A stretch of DNA of 64,000 nucleotides, taken from the NCBI GenBank assembly GCA_049971805.1, contig JBMFKU010000001.1, forward strand, positions 32,001-96,000. Direction: 5' to 3'. The position numbers and the translations under genes are program-made. How positions within the stretch are numbered: position 1 is the first letter of the stretch; each line of letters starts with the position of its first letter. The notes beneath the pieces are model-generated. The model had not been told where the DNA came from. It saw only the letters and a list, made by a program, of their open reading frames with translations, and did not search any database. Source of the DNA: Caldisphaera sp. GTDB taxonomy: Archaea; Thermoproteota; Thermoprotei_A; Sulfolobales; Acidilobaceae. Shown one piece after another: positions 20,295 to 28,972 of this stretch.

Positions 20295-20856
20295 GATTGT
20301 AACATTTTCTGTGTAACTTTTTAATATTTCTAATAACTTCTAGATACTATGAAGAGAACTCCATGGAGAGATACTTGATCTCCAGCGATGTTGCAGAGAT
20401 ATTTGGCATGAGCAGAATCGGGGTTATGAAATGGATTAGGCAAGGAAAAAATTAGAGCTGCAGAAATTAATGTAAGTAGAGAATTCCTTATAGTGAGGTT
20501 GAAAGACTGCTAAACAGATCTGGAAGAGTTAAACAAATAGCAATTTATGCTAGAGTTTCGTCAAGTTCCCAAAATGATGTTTGGAGAGGCAATTAAACTC
20601 TTTGAGGGAGTTGATTAGGAAAAATTTCGGTGAGGTTGCACTAATTGAAATTAAAGACATAGAGGGTATGCTTCATGATATGAGGTAAGCCTCTACGTAA
20701 CTAAATTAAAATAAGGAGTGTGAGGCTTCTCCTTCAGGTCAAGTAAAGATGAGGAGTAGGAGTAACTTTATTCCCACATAGGGAGGAATCAGAGTAGATC
20801 CTATAGGTAACCTCTAGATCTCGGGAACTAATGCCCTTCATGGCGGGGAAGGCTGA
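20295..20856 (+). mobile_element. internally deleted, decayed IS607-family element (tnpA 5' part joined to right end)
   Basis: tnpA remnant 20363-20662 abuts the ~190-bp repeat 20664-20856, which ends in GCCCTTCATGGCGGGGAAGG; left boundary approximate. Confidence 0.8.
20363..20662 (+). pseudogene. tnpA: IS607 TnpA serine recombinase remnant
   Basis: Across frameshifts reads MERYLISSDVAEIFGMSRIGVMKWIRQGK/IRA...IPYSEVERLL...IAIYARVSSSSQ../LERQLNSLRE...IKDI (MerR-like HTH plus YARVSS catalytic motif at 20546). Confidence 0.88.
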
Positions 20857-20874
20857 ATCCTTTTTCATTTTAGT

Positions 20875-20891
20875 AAAAATCTTTTTATATT
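20875..20891 (+). promoter_or_regulatory. BRE/TATA promoter candidate for the downstream structured RNA
   Basis: AAAAATCTTTTTATATT about 25 nt before the start of the GC-rich block at 20911. Confidence 0.55.
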
Positions 20892-20910
20892 CAAATATGC
20901 TTAGTTTTTA

Positions 20911-21158
20911 CTGGCAAAGGATGACCTCTCACACCGATGTTGGCTATGCCCAAAAGAGTGGGTGTGATTGCAGAGATGTGAGCCCCGCGCCGTTGAGCTC
21001 GAAGGAGTCTCATGACCCGCATGCAGTTAAGCTTGGCAGATGGTTGAGGGCTAAGTCCCTATGCTCGATCATGATTGAAGATAAGATGATTGAAATGAAA
21101 GTGTATGGACAAACGGTCGGACTTAGGTCTAACCAATATTTCTTATATGAGAGGCCGT
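20911..21158 (+). ncRNA. unclassified ~250-nt structured RNA candidate
   Basis: Hand count 120/250 GC (48%) in a ~30% GC genome; stems CCTCTCA/TGAGAGG (5'/3' ends), TGGTTGAGGGCTAAGTCC/GGACTTAGGTCTAACCA, CACACC/GGTGTG and GAGC/GCTC; upstream TATA. Confidence 0.6.
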
Positions 21159-21202
21159 AAAAACATTTAAACACATATTATTTTTGTATAAAAATAATAT
21201 AT

Positions 21203-22114
21203 TTGGAGATTAAAATGAAAGAAAGAGTTATTCTAAGGTTAACTAAAAAGAAGATATTTAATGAAACAACAGAGAAAATTAGCCCTCCAAAAGGTACTTT
21301 ATTTAATATAGGATCGTTTTTAATAAAAAGCTATGAATTAAGTTTAGATTATTTATTGATTCAAAAAATTAATTATTCTGATGTCTATGAATATAATGGT
21401 ATTGTTCAATTATCTCCTCAACCATGGAGTTCTTATTGTGAATGGCACAATGGATCCTTAGAAGAGGCTGATGATCCAACAAAAAGGATTTACTGCCCTT
21501 TAGAAGCTGAAGGCTTTTGTAGTAAACATAAAAGAACTGATAGAGCAATATATGATCTATGCCTTTCGTATAGAGGAGAAATTGCTCTACAAGCATGCAA
21601 GGAAATTGATAAAAAAATTAAGGGGGAATACGTGGTATACTTAATAGACTATGGGGGAGAAAAACCAAAAGTCGGAACTACTAGAAAGTTTAGAATTCTT
21701 GAAAGAATAGCGGAGCAACCTCATATAATAGCAACAGAATTGTTTATTACAGACAGCCTACATAAAGCAAGATTGATGGAAATGAACATATCTAAAGATG
21801 GTTTTGCAAACGAATTATGGAGACATAGATGGATATCTACGGAAAACATTTATAGCTCAATAATTAAATTAAATTCTATATTAAATAATATATCAAAAAA
21901 ATATTCTCTAAACACTGAATTCAGTTTCTTTAGGGTAAAACAGCCAATTAAAATAGCACCTAAATTGTTAGATTATAACTACTTTTATAATAAAGAATTT
22001 AAAATAGATAGCTATTGGGGCGGATATAATATAATTTATCTAAACAATCAACCATTTATTTTGCCAGAGAATCAAATGCTGCATAGAGATAGTCTAATTA
22101 TAGAAAAAATCTAG
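21203..22114 (+). CDS. DUF2797-like protein (Cys/His cluster plus GIY-YIG-like YxVYL...KVGT...R..EQ core)
   Basis: CEWH...CP...FCSKH...C...C and YVVYL...KVGTT....RIAEQ; likely start ATG 21215. Confidence 0.65.
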   Translation: MEIKMKERVILRLTKKKIFNETTEKISPPKGTLFNIGSFLIKSYELSLDYLLIQKINYSDVYEYNGIVQLSPQPWSSYCEWHNGSLEEADDPTKRIYCPLEAEGFCSKHKRTDRAIYDLCLSYRGEIALQACKEIDKKIKGEYVVYLIDYGGEKPKVGTTRKFRILERIAEQPHIIATELFITDSLHKARLMEMNISKDGFANELWRHRWISTENIYSSIIKLNSILNNISKKYSLNTEFSFFRVKQPIKIAPKLLDYNYFYNKEFKIDSYWGGYNIIYLNNQPFILPENQMLHRDSLIIEKI

Positions 22115-22232
22115 GTATAACTTTGAATAAAGTTTATATTGTTTTTATCCTTATGAAAATAATATTTAGCAATATTAACTAAATTTATATATCTCATTAA
22201 TCATTATCTATATGGAAACTTGGTGAACCTAA

Positions 22233-22961
22233 TTGAAATTTACTTCAGTTATACCGGCAGGTGGCGAAGGCTCTAGATTTAAACCATACACAGATATTGT
22301 GCCTAAACCAATGATACCTCTAGGTGAAGAAGAAAAACCAATTTTGGATTATATTGTACAGCATCTATCAAGTAATGGTTCAGATCACATCATATTATTA
22401 GTTAATTATAAATGGAAATATATAAAAAATTATTTTAGAGATGGAGATAAACATAATGTAAAAATAGATTATAGCATAGATGATAATATTTATGGAAATA
22501 CTGGTGGATCTTTATTAAAGGCTTACAAAGAAGGTCTTTTAAATTCGGATATAGCATTAATCTGGTATGGAGATATTATAGCAGGATTAAACCCAAAAGA
22601 AGTAATTGATTATCATATAAAAAACAATACTGATGTCACACTTGTGATAGCAAATAAATATCAAATACCCGTAGGAGTTGCAGAAATAGATGAGAACAAC
22701 AATATAATAAAATTAAATGAAAAACCATGGCTAGATATAAAAGTTACTATAGGAATATTAACATTAAGGACTTCAATCCTAGAAAATATAGAAGAAGTTT
22801 TAGGAACGAAATTTGATATAATGGGTGATTTAATACCATATATGATAAAAAAGAATTTAAAAATTAAAGGCTTTATCTATGATAAGGAATGGTTAGATGT
22901 AGGCAGCCTAGAAAGGTATAAAAAGATAGACTCAAAAATATTAAATAAAATTTTATCTTAA
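22233..22961 (+). CDS. NDP-sugar pyrophosphorylase-family nucleotidyltransferase
   Basis: PAGGEGSRFKPYT...PKPM, YGD, EKP and WLDVG motifs. Confidence 0.9.
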   Translation: MKFTSVIPAGGEGSRFKPYTDIVPKPMIPLGEEEKPILDYIVQHLSSNGSDHIILLVNYKWKYIKNYFRDGDKHNVKIDYSIDDNIYGNTGGSLLKAYKEGLLNSDIALIWYGDIIAGLNPKEVIDYHIKNNTDVTLVIANKYQIPVGVAEIDENNNIIKLNEKPWLDIKVTIGILTLRTSILENIEEVLGTKFDIMGDLIPYMIKKNLKIKGFIYDKEWLDVGSLERYKKIDSKILNKILS

Positions 22962-22980
22962 ATTACAATTTAAATATTCT

Positions 22981-23358
22981 TTATTTTATGACAATTATTT
23001 TATCTCCATTAATAATTATTTTATCTCCATCGTTTATATTTTTAACTAAATCCTTTGGTATATTATCAATTAATGGAATATTTGCCAATACACACCCTGC
23101 AACAATTATGGGCTCTGATTTAACCATTATTATAGCTTTTGGAGAAACGTTGTTTTCTTTAAGTGCATAAATTATATAAGAACCAACGGTACTGCCCCTT
23201 GGTTTAAGGGAAACTACAATTTTGCCTTTTATTGATCTTCCATCTTTAAGCTTTCCTGTTTCTGGATCTACATCACCATAAAAGCTTATTTCATTTATCA
23301 CAACAGCCTCCCCTTCTGCCTTCCCCTTTATTAATGCTCTGCCATTGATTTCAATCAT
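22981..23358 (-). CDS. aconitase X small subunit (DUF126; phosphomevalonate dehydratase small subunit-like)
   Basis: GKAEGEA, ISFYGDVDPETG and RGSTVGSY motifs. Confidence 0.88.
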   Translation of the reverse strand: MIEINGRALIKGKAEGEAVVINEISFYGDVDPETGKLKDGRSIKGKIVVSLKPRGSTVGSYIIYALKENNVSPKAIIMVKSEPIIVAGCVLANIPLIDNIPKDLVKNINDGDKIIINGDKIIVIK

Positions 23359-24553
23359 TGTCTATCACCTTGGGAATATCATTTATTGATATTAAAGATA
23401 CATCAATACCTTTTTTAGATAAATAGAAATAGGCCTTATAGCTATTTGTAGCAACGCTTAATCCCTTATATCCAAATGGGCTTACTATTAAGCAGGTATC
23501 TGCTATTAAATTAACATTGTGATCTTTAAGAATTTTTAAAGCATTGCTTTCTATTTTTTGTATTTCACTCCTGGATAAAGTTACAACAATTTTTACATCA
23601 TATTTTTTATTTGTCTTTTTTAATATATTTGCCAATTTATATAAATCTTCTGCAGACGAATGGGGACATCCTAAATAAATTACTTCTGGTTTTTTGTTTG
23701 GACTTAGTTCCTCTTTCCTCTTTTCTATTTCTTTATAATCTATTTTAACTTCTTTTAAAATTTTTTTTCCGAGCTTTTCAGGGGTAATTTTATCAATATA
23801 AACCATAGCAATATTGCCTGATGCACCTAATGATGCAAAAAATTCTTTCATGGCTAGTTTATCCAATGTTTCATTTATAAATGGAGGCTTATCGCTATCA
23901 TGAATTTTGCTTAAGATTTCGCCAAATACGCCTGCTCTGACTTCATCTATATTGTAATTATAAGGCTTCTCTATAACGTATTTTATTTCAGGTATTCTGT
24001 TTTCATTAATATGAAGGCCATAATAATATATTTTGCCAGTTATTGCTGCCATTAATGAAATTGGACCTCCTTCTCTGTTCGTTCTAAGCCCTAAAATGCT
24101 ATTCGCATATACAACTGCATTAGACTCTCCCCAAGCGACGCTATTACCAATTTTTAAATTTTTAATATTTGGTAAATCATACGGTGTACAAGATAAGGTC
24201 AAATCGGCGCCCATTTTGTGTAATGATTTTAGTATTTCATTTTGATTGTTAATATAGTTCAAATCTATTTTGGTGTAAGGAATAGCCTTATAATCTTCCA
24301 TATCATATCCTATTGGATTAACTGTAGAAGGCACAGAAAATCTAACACCTGAATCTGCAAACATCTTAATCAATTTTCTTCCTGGATCTCCAATGTTGCT
24401 ATAAGAAACACCTGAAATATGAGCATGAGATATATCAATTAATTTTTCTGCTTCTAGAGAATCTCCCACGCTAACAATGACTTGCAAAGCCTTCGCCTTT
24501 GCCCAACCTTCTTCTCCATTTATTATCTTTTCTTCGTCTTTTGTTAGGTACAT
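23351..24553 (-). CDS. aconitase X large subunit (DUF521; phosphomevalonate dehydratase large subunit-like)
   Basis: AHISGVSY, CTPY, ESNAV..ANS, GCPH, DTC and TNS.KA motifs; overlaps small subunit gene. Confidence 0.9.
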   Translation of the reverse strand: MYLTKDEEKIINGEEGWAKAKALQVIVSVGDSLEAEKLIDISHAHISGVSYSNIGDPGRKLIKMFADSGVRFSVPSTVNPIGYDMEDYKAIPYTKIDLNYINNQNEILKSLHKMGADLTLSCTPYDLPNIKNLKIGNSVAWGESNAVVYANSILGLRTNREGGPISLMAAITGKIYYYGLHINENRIPEIKYVIEKPYNYNIDEVRAGVFGEILSKIHDSDKPPFINETLDKLAMKEFFASLGASGNIAMVYIDKITPEKLGKKILKEVKIDYKEIEKRKEELSPNKKPEVIYLGCPHSSAEDLYKLANILKKTNKKYDVKIVVTLSRSEIQKIESNALKILKDHNVNLIADTCLIVSPFGYKGLSVATNSYKAYFYLSKKGIDVSLISINDIPKVIDND

Positions 24554-24565
24554 ATTCTTGTTCCC

Positions 24566-25576
24566 CTAATACCACCATATTGTAGCAAATTTATGCTCTG
24601 GTATCATATAATTTTTATCAGAAAAAGCCTTACATTCTTTTGCTAGTATACAACCATCGATATTACAACCATTAATTTTCCTGCAAAAATCATTACATGT
24701 CTTACAACTAGGATTTTCTTTCGTACAGCAGTTTCTTCCGAAGTTCCAAAGTATATCATCTAATATGAAAGGATCCAATCCAGAGCTTTGAGAAACAATT
24801 CTATATGCTATCCTTGAATTATATCTTAAAATTATGTCTTCTTCGCTTGTAAATTCTAATTGCATAGAAATCTTTTCTCTGGTTTCTTTATCAAGCTCAA
24901 TTATTCCAGTCCTTAAAGCAATTCTTGATAAATGGTTATCAACTGGCAATTCTTTATTATATGGATCGTTAATTTTTAAAATTGATCTTCTTTCTAGAAA
25001 CTTGGCCAACAAAAAGGCTTTTTTCTCGACTGGATCTTGATATGCTTTAAAAATCTTTAATAGATCAATAAAACCATTGTTAACTCCTTTTCTTAGATAT
25101 CCCTGGGATTCAATTATCAAATCGTACGGATCTTTGTAAAATTTTTTTAATTTATTTCCTAAATCTTTTAGTAATTCTGCTCTTACTCTTATATCATCAG
25201 GATATATAATTTTCCCATTTTTATCGGTAATAGAAAGCCATTTCTTTACTTTTTCTTCACTAATCTCTGAAAGGCTTTCTGGATAAAAAAATGATGGATC
25301 TTCGTTAAATTTTAATGACCCAAGCTTATATAATGCGTCTGCCCCACGATAAGACCTGTTATCAATAATACCTTCATATACTTTATTTTTATATCTAAGT
25401 CTATGATCTATAGATACCATTACTAAAAAATAATTAAAAACATCTGACTTTGATGCGTTTAAGGGTGGATAATAATCTATATTATCGTACAGATCTATGT
25501 TTTGTGGAACTAATTTAGATATTAGCAAACCAATATTTTTTGCTTTATCAATATCAATTTCTACTTTCATTTTCAT
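24566..25576 (-). CDS. HhH-GPD/queuosine-salvage (Qng1)-like N-glycosylase with C-terminal Fe-S Cys cluster
   Basis: DPVEKKAFL, LPVDNH..RIALRTG, D..LW..GR.CC....PSC..C motifs. Confidence 0.6.
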   Translation of the reverse strand: MKMKVEIDIDKAKNIGLLISKLVPQNIDLYDNIDYYPPLNASKSDVFNYFLVMVSIDHRLRYKNKVYEGIIDNRSYRGADALYKLGSLKFNEDPSFFYPESLSEISEEKVKKWLSITDKNGKIIYPDDIRVRAELLKDLGNKLKKFYKDPYDLIIESQGYLRKGVNNGFIDLLKIFKAYQDPVEKKAFLLAKFLERRSILKINDPYNKELPVDNHLSRIALRTGIIELDKETREKISMQLEFTSEEDIILRYNSRIAYRIVSQSSGLDPFILDDILWNFGRNCCTKENPSCKTCNDFCRKINGCNIDGCILAKECKAFSDKNYMIPEHKFATIWWY

Positions 25577-25734
25577 TTACCTTCAATTAAATTTTGCCTA
25601 ACTGTATTAAAGCTCTTTCATCTTTTAGTATTTATTTATAGAAATTAAATATCATTTAGCTTGTAAATTTAAAAATAGGCTTTAACAAGTTTTAAATTTA
25701 AGATGTAAAAATAGGCTATAGAATAGGCGAGAAA

Positions 25735-26010
25735 ATGGAAGATTGGCTTATAGAGTCTTCGAAAAAATTTGAGTCTGCTAGGTATTTAAGCAAGGAAGAA
25801 AAAATAGTCCTCAAATATTTTTTAGAAAATGTTTCTGTTGGAGATTTAAGAGCTATAGCGGATTTATCAAAAAAAGGAATCGAAAATCCTGAAAATGTAA
25901 TTGAGTCATTAATAGAAAAGGGTTTTTTAGAAAGAGGTAACGATTGTTTTAACCTATCATATTATTTAAGAATCTTTGTTTCGAGAAGAGGAATGCCAAA
26001 TTTTGATTAA
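25735..26010 (+). CDS. PolB1-binding protein PBP2-like winged-helix protein
   Basis: YF..N.SVG.....DL...GI.NP..VI..LIE.G..E.G..C.NL pattern as recalled for Sulfolobus PBP2. Confidence 0.75.
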   Translation: MEDWLIESSKKFESARYLSKEEKIVLKYFLENVSVGDLRAIADLSKKGIENPENVIESLIEKGFLERGNDCFNLSYYLRIFVSRRGMPNFD

Positions 26011-26062
26011 ATAAAAGAAAAACATTAAAATATGGATAAAATTAAATAAAAAGGGGTTAAGT

Positions 26063-26767
26063 ATGGTAAATACGGTTCATATATTGGCAAATAAAGTTCC
26101 TAAAAAAATGTTGATAACAGGTGATCCCGATAGAATTAAGTTGATAGCAAAGTTGTTAAATGATTTAACTTTGATAAATAGCAACAGGGGTTTCTATACT
26201 TATGCAGGAACTTATAATAAAGAAGAAATTGGATTAGCCTCTCATGGAATTGGAGGCCCAAGTGTTGCAATTGTTTTGGAAGAGCTTATATCATTGGGAG
26301 CAGAGTACATTATTAGATTAGGTACCATAGGTAGCTTATTTGATGAAATAAATGTTGGAGACGTTATTATACCTAATGGCGTAGCATATTTAGGAAACGC
26401 GTCTGCTCTAGGGCTGTATTTTAGTAATATATGCTATCCATCATCCCCAGATGCAAATTTATCTCAAAATTTATTAAAAAATGCTGTAAACAATGGATTT
26501 AAAGTTCATAGAGGTATTATTTTTTCAAGCGATTCATTTTATGCAGAAGTTGAAATTTTAGAAAAATTAAAGAAACTAAATATTATTGGAGTTGAGATGG
26601 AATGTGCTACATTATTAGCCTTGTCAAATTTAAGGGGAATAAAGTCATCTTGTTTTTTAATAGTATCTAATAAAGCTTATGATAAATTTAAAAAAGAATT
26701 TTACATACAGGAAGAAGCTATATTAAATGCTGCTAGAACAATACTAGATGTATTAAGTAAAAATTAA
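26063..26767 (+). CDS. purine nucleoside phosphorylase (DeoD-type / hexameric MTAP)
   Basis: GDPDR, HGIGGPS, IRLGT, SSDSFY and VEME motifs. Confidence 0.9.
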   Translation: MVNTVHILANKVPKKMLITGDPDRIKLIAKLLNDLTLINSNRGFYTYAGTYNKEEIGLASHGIGGPSVAIVLEELISLGAEYIIRLGTIGSLFDEINVGDVIIPNGVAYLGNASALGLYFSNICYPSSPDANLSQNLLKNAVNNGFKVHRGIIFSSDSFYAEVEILEKLKKLNIIGVEMECATLLALSNLRGIKSSCFLIVSNKAYDKFKKEFYIQEEAILNAARTILDVLSKN

Positions 26768-26834
26768 TATGTTTGCAATATATAGATAAGTATTTTAAAT
26801 CTAGCAATAAATTTAATTTAAGGAGGTAATAGAT

Positions 26835-28016
26835 ATGAGCGCAAGATCAAGAGCATTAATATTTACGTCTATAGGACACTTCCTTAATGATAGCTTTCTG
26901 GTTACGTTTTCAATTCTAATAACATATTATCTAGACATGAAAATCTCACCATTATTTTTAGGAACTATGGGATCATTGATTAGTATACTATCAGGTTTAA
27001 CAAGTATATGGGTTGGTAGAGAGGCAGATAAAGAAGGTAATCATAATAGGTTAATGCTTGCAGGCTTCATTCTTATTGGTCTATCAAGTCTTTTATATGC
27101 ATCATCATTTTCTTACCATGAATTTACACTAACTTTAATAGCATTGGCATCTATATCATTAGGCATGGGCCTATCATTTTATCACCCTCTAGGTGGTTCT
27201 ATACTACAACATATATATGATATTAAAGAATCACCAAGAGCCTTAGGTATTAATGGATCCTTTGGTAGTATTGGTAGAGCAATATTTCCTGTAGTTTTAG
27301 TCTTTGTAATACATGCTTTGGGAGCTCCTCTCGGACTCTATTTAATTGGTATATATACTTTCATCTTATCTATAATAATTTATAGCGGATTAAAGCCAAT
27401 TAATATACAAGTTGAAATTAAAAATAATAATAAAGAATCAAACAAGGTTTCTTTATCATCTTTTTACTATGTCTTGATACCTTTAAGCATTGTGGTATTT
27501 TTAAGGGCTATGTTTATTTCAGGGGTTCAAACTTATGCACCTACATATTTAGAATTTCTATATAAATCAAAGTTATTAATGAGCATAATATTAACTGTTT
27601 CCTATGCTACTGCAATATTTGGACAACCTTATTTCGGCCGTTTAACATCAAACATAGGAGGAAGAAGTGTTGTATTTATAACTACAATATTTTCCACTCT
27701 CTTTTATATATTATTTTTATTTATTAAAAATGAAACATTATCTATAATAATGTTTGCAGTCTTTTCGTTTTTCGCTTTTAGTGGTTTCCCAAATTTGTTA
27801 GGTTATGTAGGTCAAATTGTTGATAAAAGTGTTTTTGCCCAAGCCAACTCATTGATTTGGGGGGTAAGTAATACTATAGGAGGGGCTATTGGTATATTTT
27901 TAGGAGGCTATATTTTACAAATAATAGGATTAGAAAATACTATGATAACTTTCATGATATTAGCGTTAATCTCAACTGCGCTATTACCAATAATTCCAAA
28001 AAAAAGGAAGAAATAA
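26835..28016 (+). CDS. MFS transporter
   Basis: ~12 hydrophobic segments; GHFLND and FYHP motifs. Confidence 0.88.
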   Translation: MSARSRALIFTSIGHFLNDSFLVTFSILITYYLDMKISPLFLGTMGSLISILSGLTSIWVGREADKEGNHNRLMLAGFILIGLSSLLYASSFSYHEFTLTLIALASISLGMGLSFYHPLGGSILQHIYDIKESPRALGINGSFGSIGRAIFPVVLVFVIHALGAPLGLYLIGIYTFILSIIIYSGLKPINIQVEIKNNNKESNKVSLSSFYYVLIPLSIVVFLRAMFISGVQTYAPTYLEFLYKSKLLMSIILTVSYATAIFGQPYFGRLTSNIGGRSVVFITTIFSTLFYILFLFIKNETLSIIMFAVFSFFAFSGFPNLLGYVGQIVDKSVFAQANSLIWGVSNTIGGAIGIFLGGYILQIIGLENTMITFMILALISTALLPIIPKKRKK

Positions 28017-28027
28017 AAATAAATAAA

Positions 28028-28465
28028 TTATGGCACAACTAATACATCTGCGCTCATTGACTTCCCTGCTACCTTGTTTGTAACGCTTCCCAATATTAGC
28101 CTTTCGAATCTTGACAATCTTCTTCTACCCAAGACTATCAAATCGCATCCATTTGATTCAGCATAATTTACTATAGTATCACCGGGGTCTCCTGATAAAA
28201 CATCAAACCTTATCTTATATCCTTGGGATTCCAATTTGCTGGCAATTTCTGAAAGCTTTTTTCTCGATGATTCCATTATTGCCGCTGTATTAATCACATC
28301 GGGGCTTACTATTTCTCCTACTATAACAGAGGCAGGAGGAATAACTGTTACAATACATAATTCTGAATTAGACTCTTTAGATATCTCTAATGCCCTACTT
28401 AAAGCCCTTTCTCCACCCTCAGATCCATCATATCCCACTAAAATCTTCTTATACAAAATTTTCAC
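28028..28465 (-). CDS. universal stress protein (UspA)
   Basis: ILVGYDGS, GDP, DLIVLG and LGSV motifs; start near GTG 28465. Confidence 0.92.
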   Translation of the reverse strand: MKILYKKILVGYDGSEGGERALSRALEISKESNSELCIVTVIPPASVIVGEIVSPDVINTAAIMESSRKKLSEIASKLESQGYKIRFDVLSGDPGDTIVNYAESNGCDLIVLGRRRLSRFERLILGSVTNKVAGKSMSADVLVVP

Positions 28466-28519
28466 ACCAATACTATAATAGAAATTCATATATATAAATT
28501 TTCACACCAACAGTATAAT
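28456..28519. repeat. 24-bp imperfect direct repeat x2 (AAATTTTCACACCAA[TC]A[CG]TATAAT), 40-bp period
   Basis: Copies at 28456-28479 and 28496-28519, 22/24 identical. Confidence 0.8.
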
Positions 28520-28520
28520 T

Positions 28521-28578
28521 GCCCAATGAGGACCGCTGCAGGTGCGAATTGATGAGCTTGGCCTGTGTTACTGAGGGC
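28521..28578 (+). ncRNA. box C/D sRNA
   Basis: GCCC/GGGC terminal stem, C ATGAGGA, D' GCGA, C' TTGATGA, D CTGA 28571-28574. Confidence 0.78.
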
Positions 28579-28592
28579 TATTTAATAATTAA

Positions 28593-28653
28593 GCAGCTGT
28601 GATGACGTCGATATCGTCTGAAATAAATGTAGAAAATATCCCCGTCTGAGCTT
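28593..28653 (+). ncRNA. box C/D sRNA
   Basis: C GTGATGA 28599-28605, 12-nt guide, D' CTGA, C' ATGTAGA, 12-nt guide, D CTGA 28646-28649; short terminal stem. Confidence 0.82.
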
Positions 28654-28926
28654 TTATCCTAATTTTTCCACGACTATAGTTAAATAACTGCTTTTTTTCC
28701 CTTTAACTTTTATAGAACCAATATCTGAAGAAACGATCTTTAATGATTCCCCTAGTCTGGCTTTCATTGCTTGGTAAACTTCGGCAACTTTGCAAATGTA
28801 ATCACCAGAACCTGTTAATTCTATTTGTTTAGCTCCTTTATTAAGCTCTAAAATTGCTTGAAGTGCATAATCCTCAACAGGCTCTTTGCTGACTATAATT
28901 CTGGATCTTTCTTCCACAAACTTCAC
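28654..28926 (-). CDS. Alba-like nucleic-acid-binding protein (divergent paralog)
   Basis: I.VSK.P..DY, I.L.G.G..I.K...V and S...I pattern of Alba; 90 aa. Confidence 0.65.
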   Translation of the reverse strand: MKFVEERSRIIVSKEPVEDYALQAILELNKGAKQIELTGSGDYICKVAEVYQAMKARLGESLKIVSSDIGSIKVKGKKSSYLTIVVEKLG

Positions 28927-28972
28927 CTATAATGTTATAATAATAAATAGCTTATTAAACATTGCTATTTAA

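Noticed and set aside
20911-21158. RNase P RNA, SRP RNA or retron msr-msd
   Set aside because: No GAGGAAAGUCC/CR-V motifs or SRP helix-8 motif on either strand, and no reverse transcriptase in the window.
20831-21160. 109-aa ORF from the track
   Set aside because: Starts inside the IS right end, crosses a TATA box, has atypical composition and no motifs; better explained as structured RNA.
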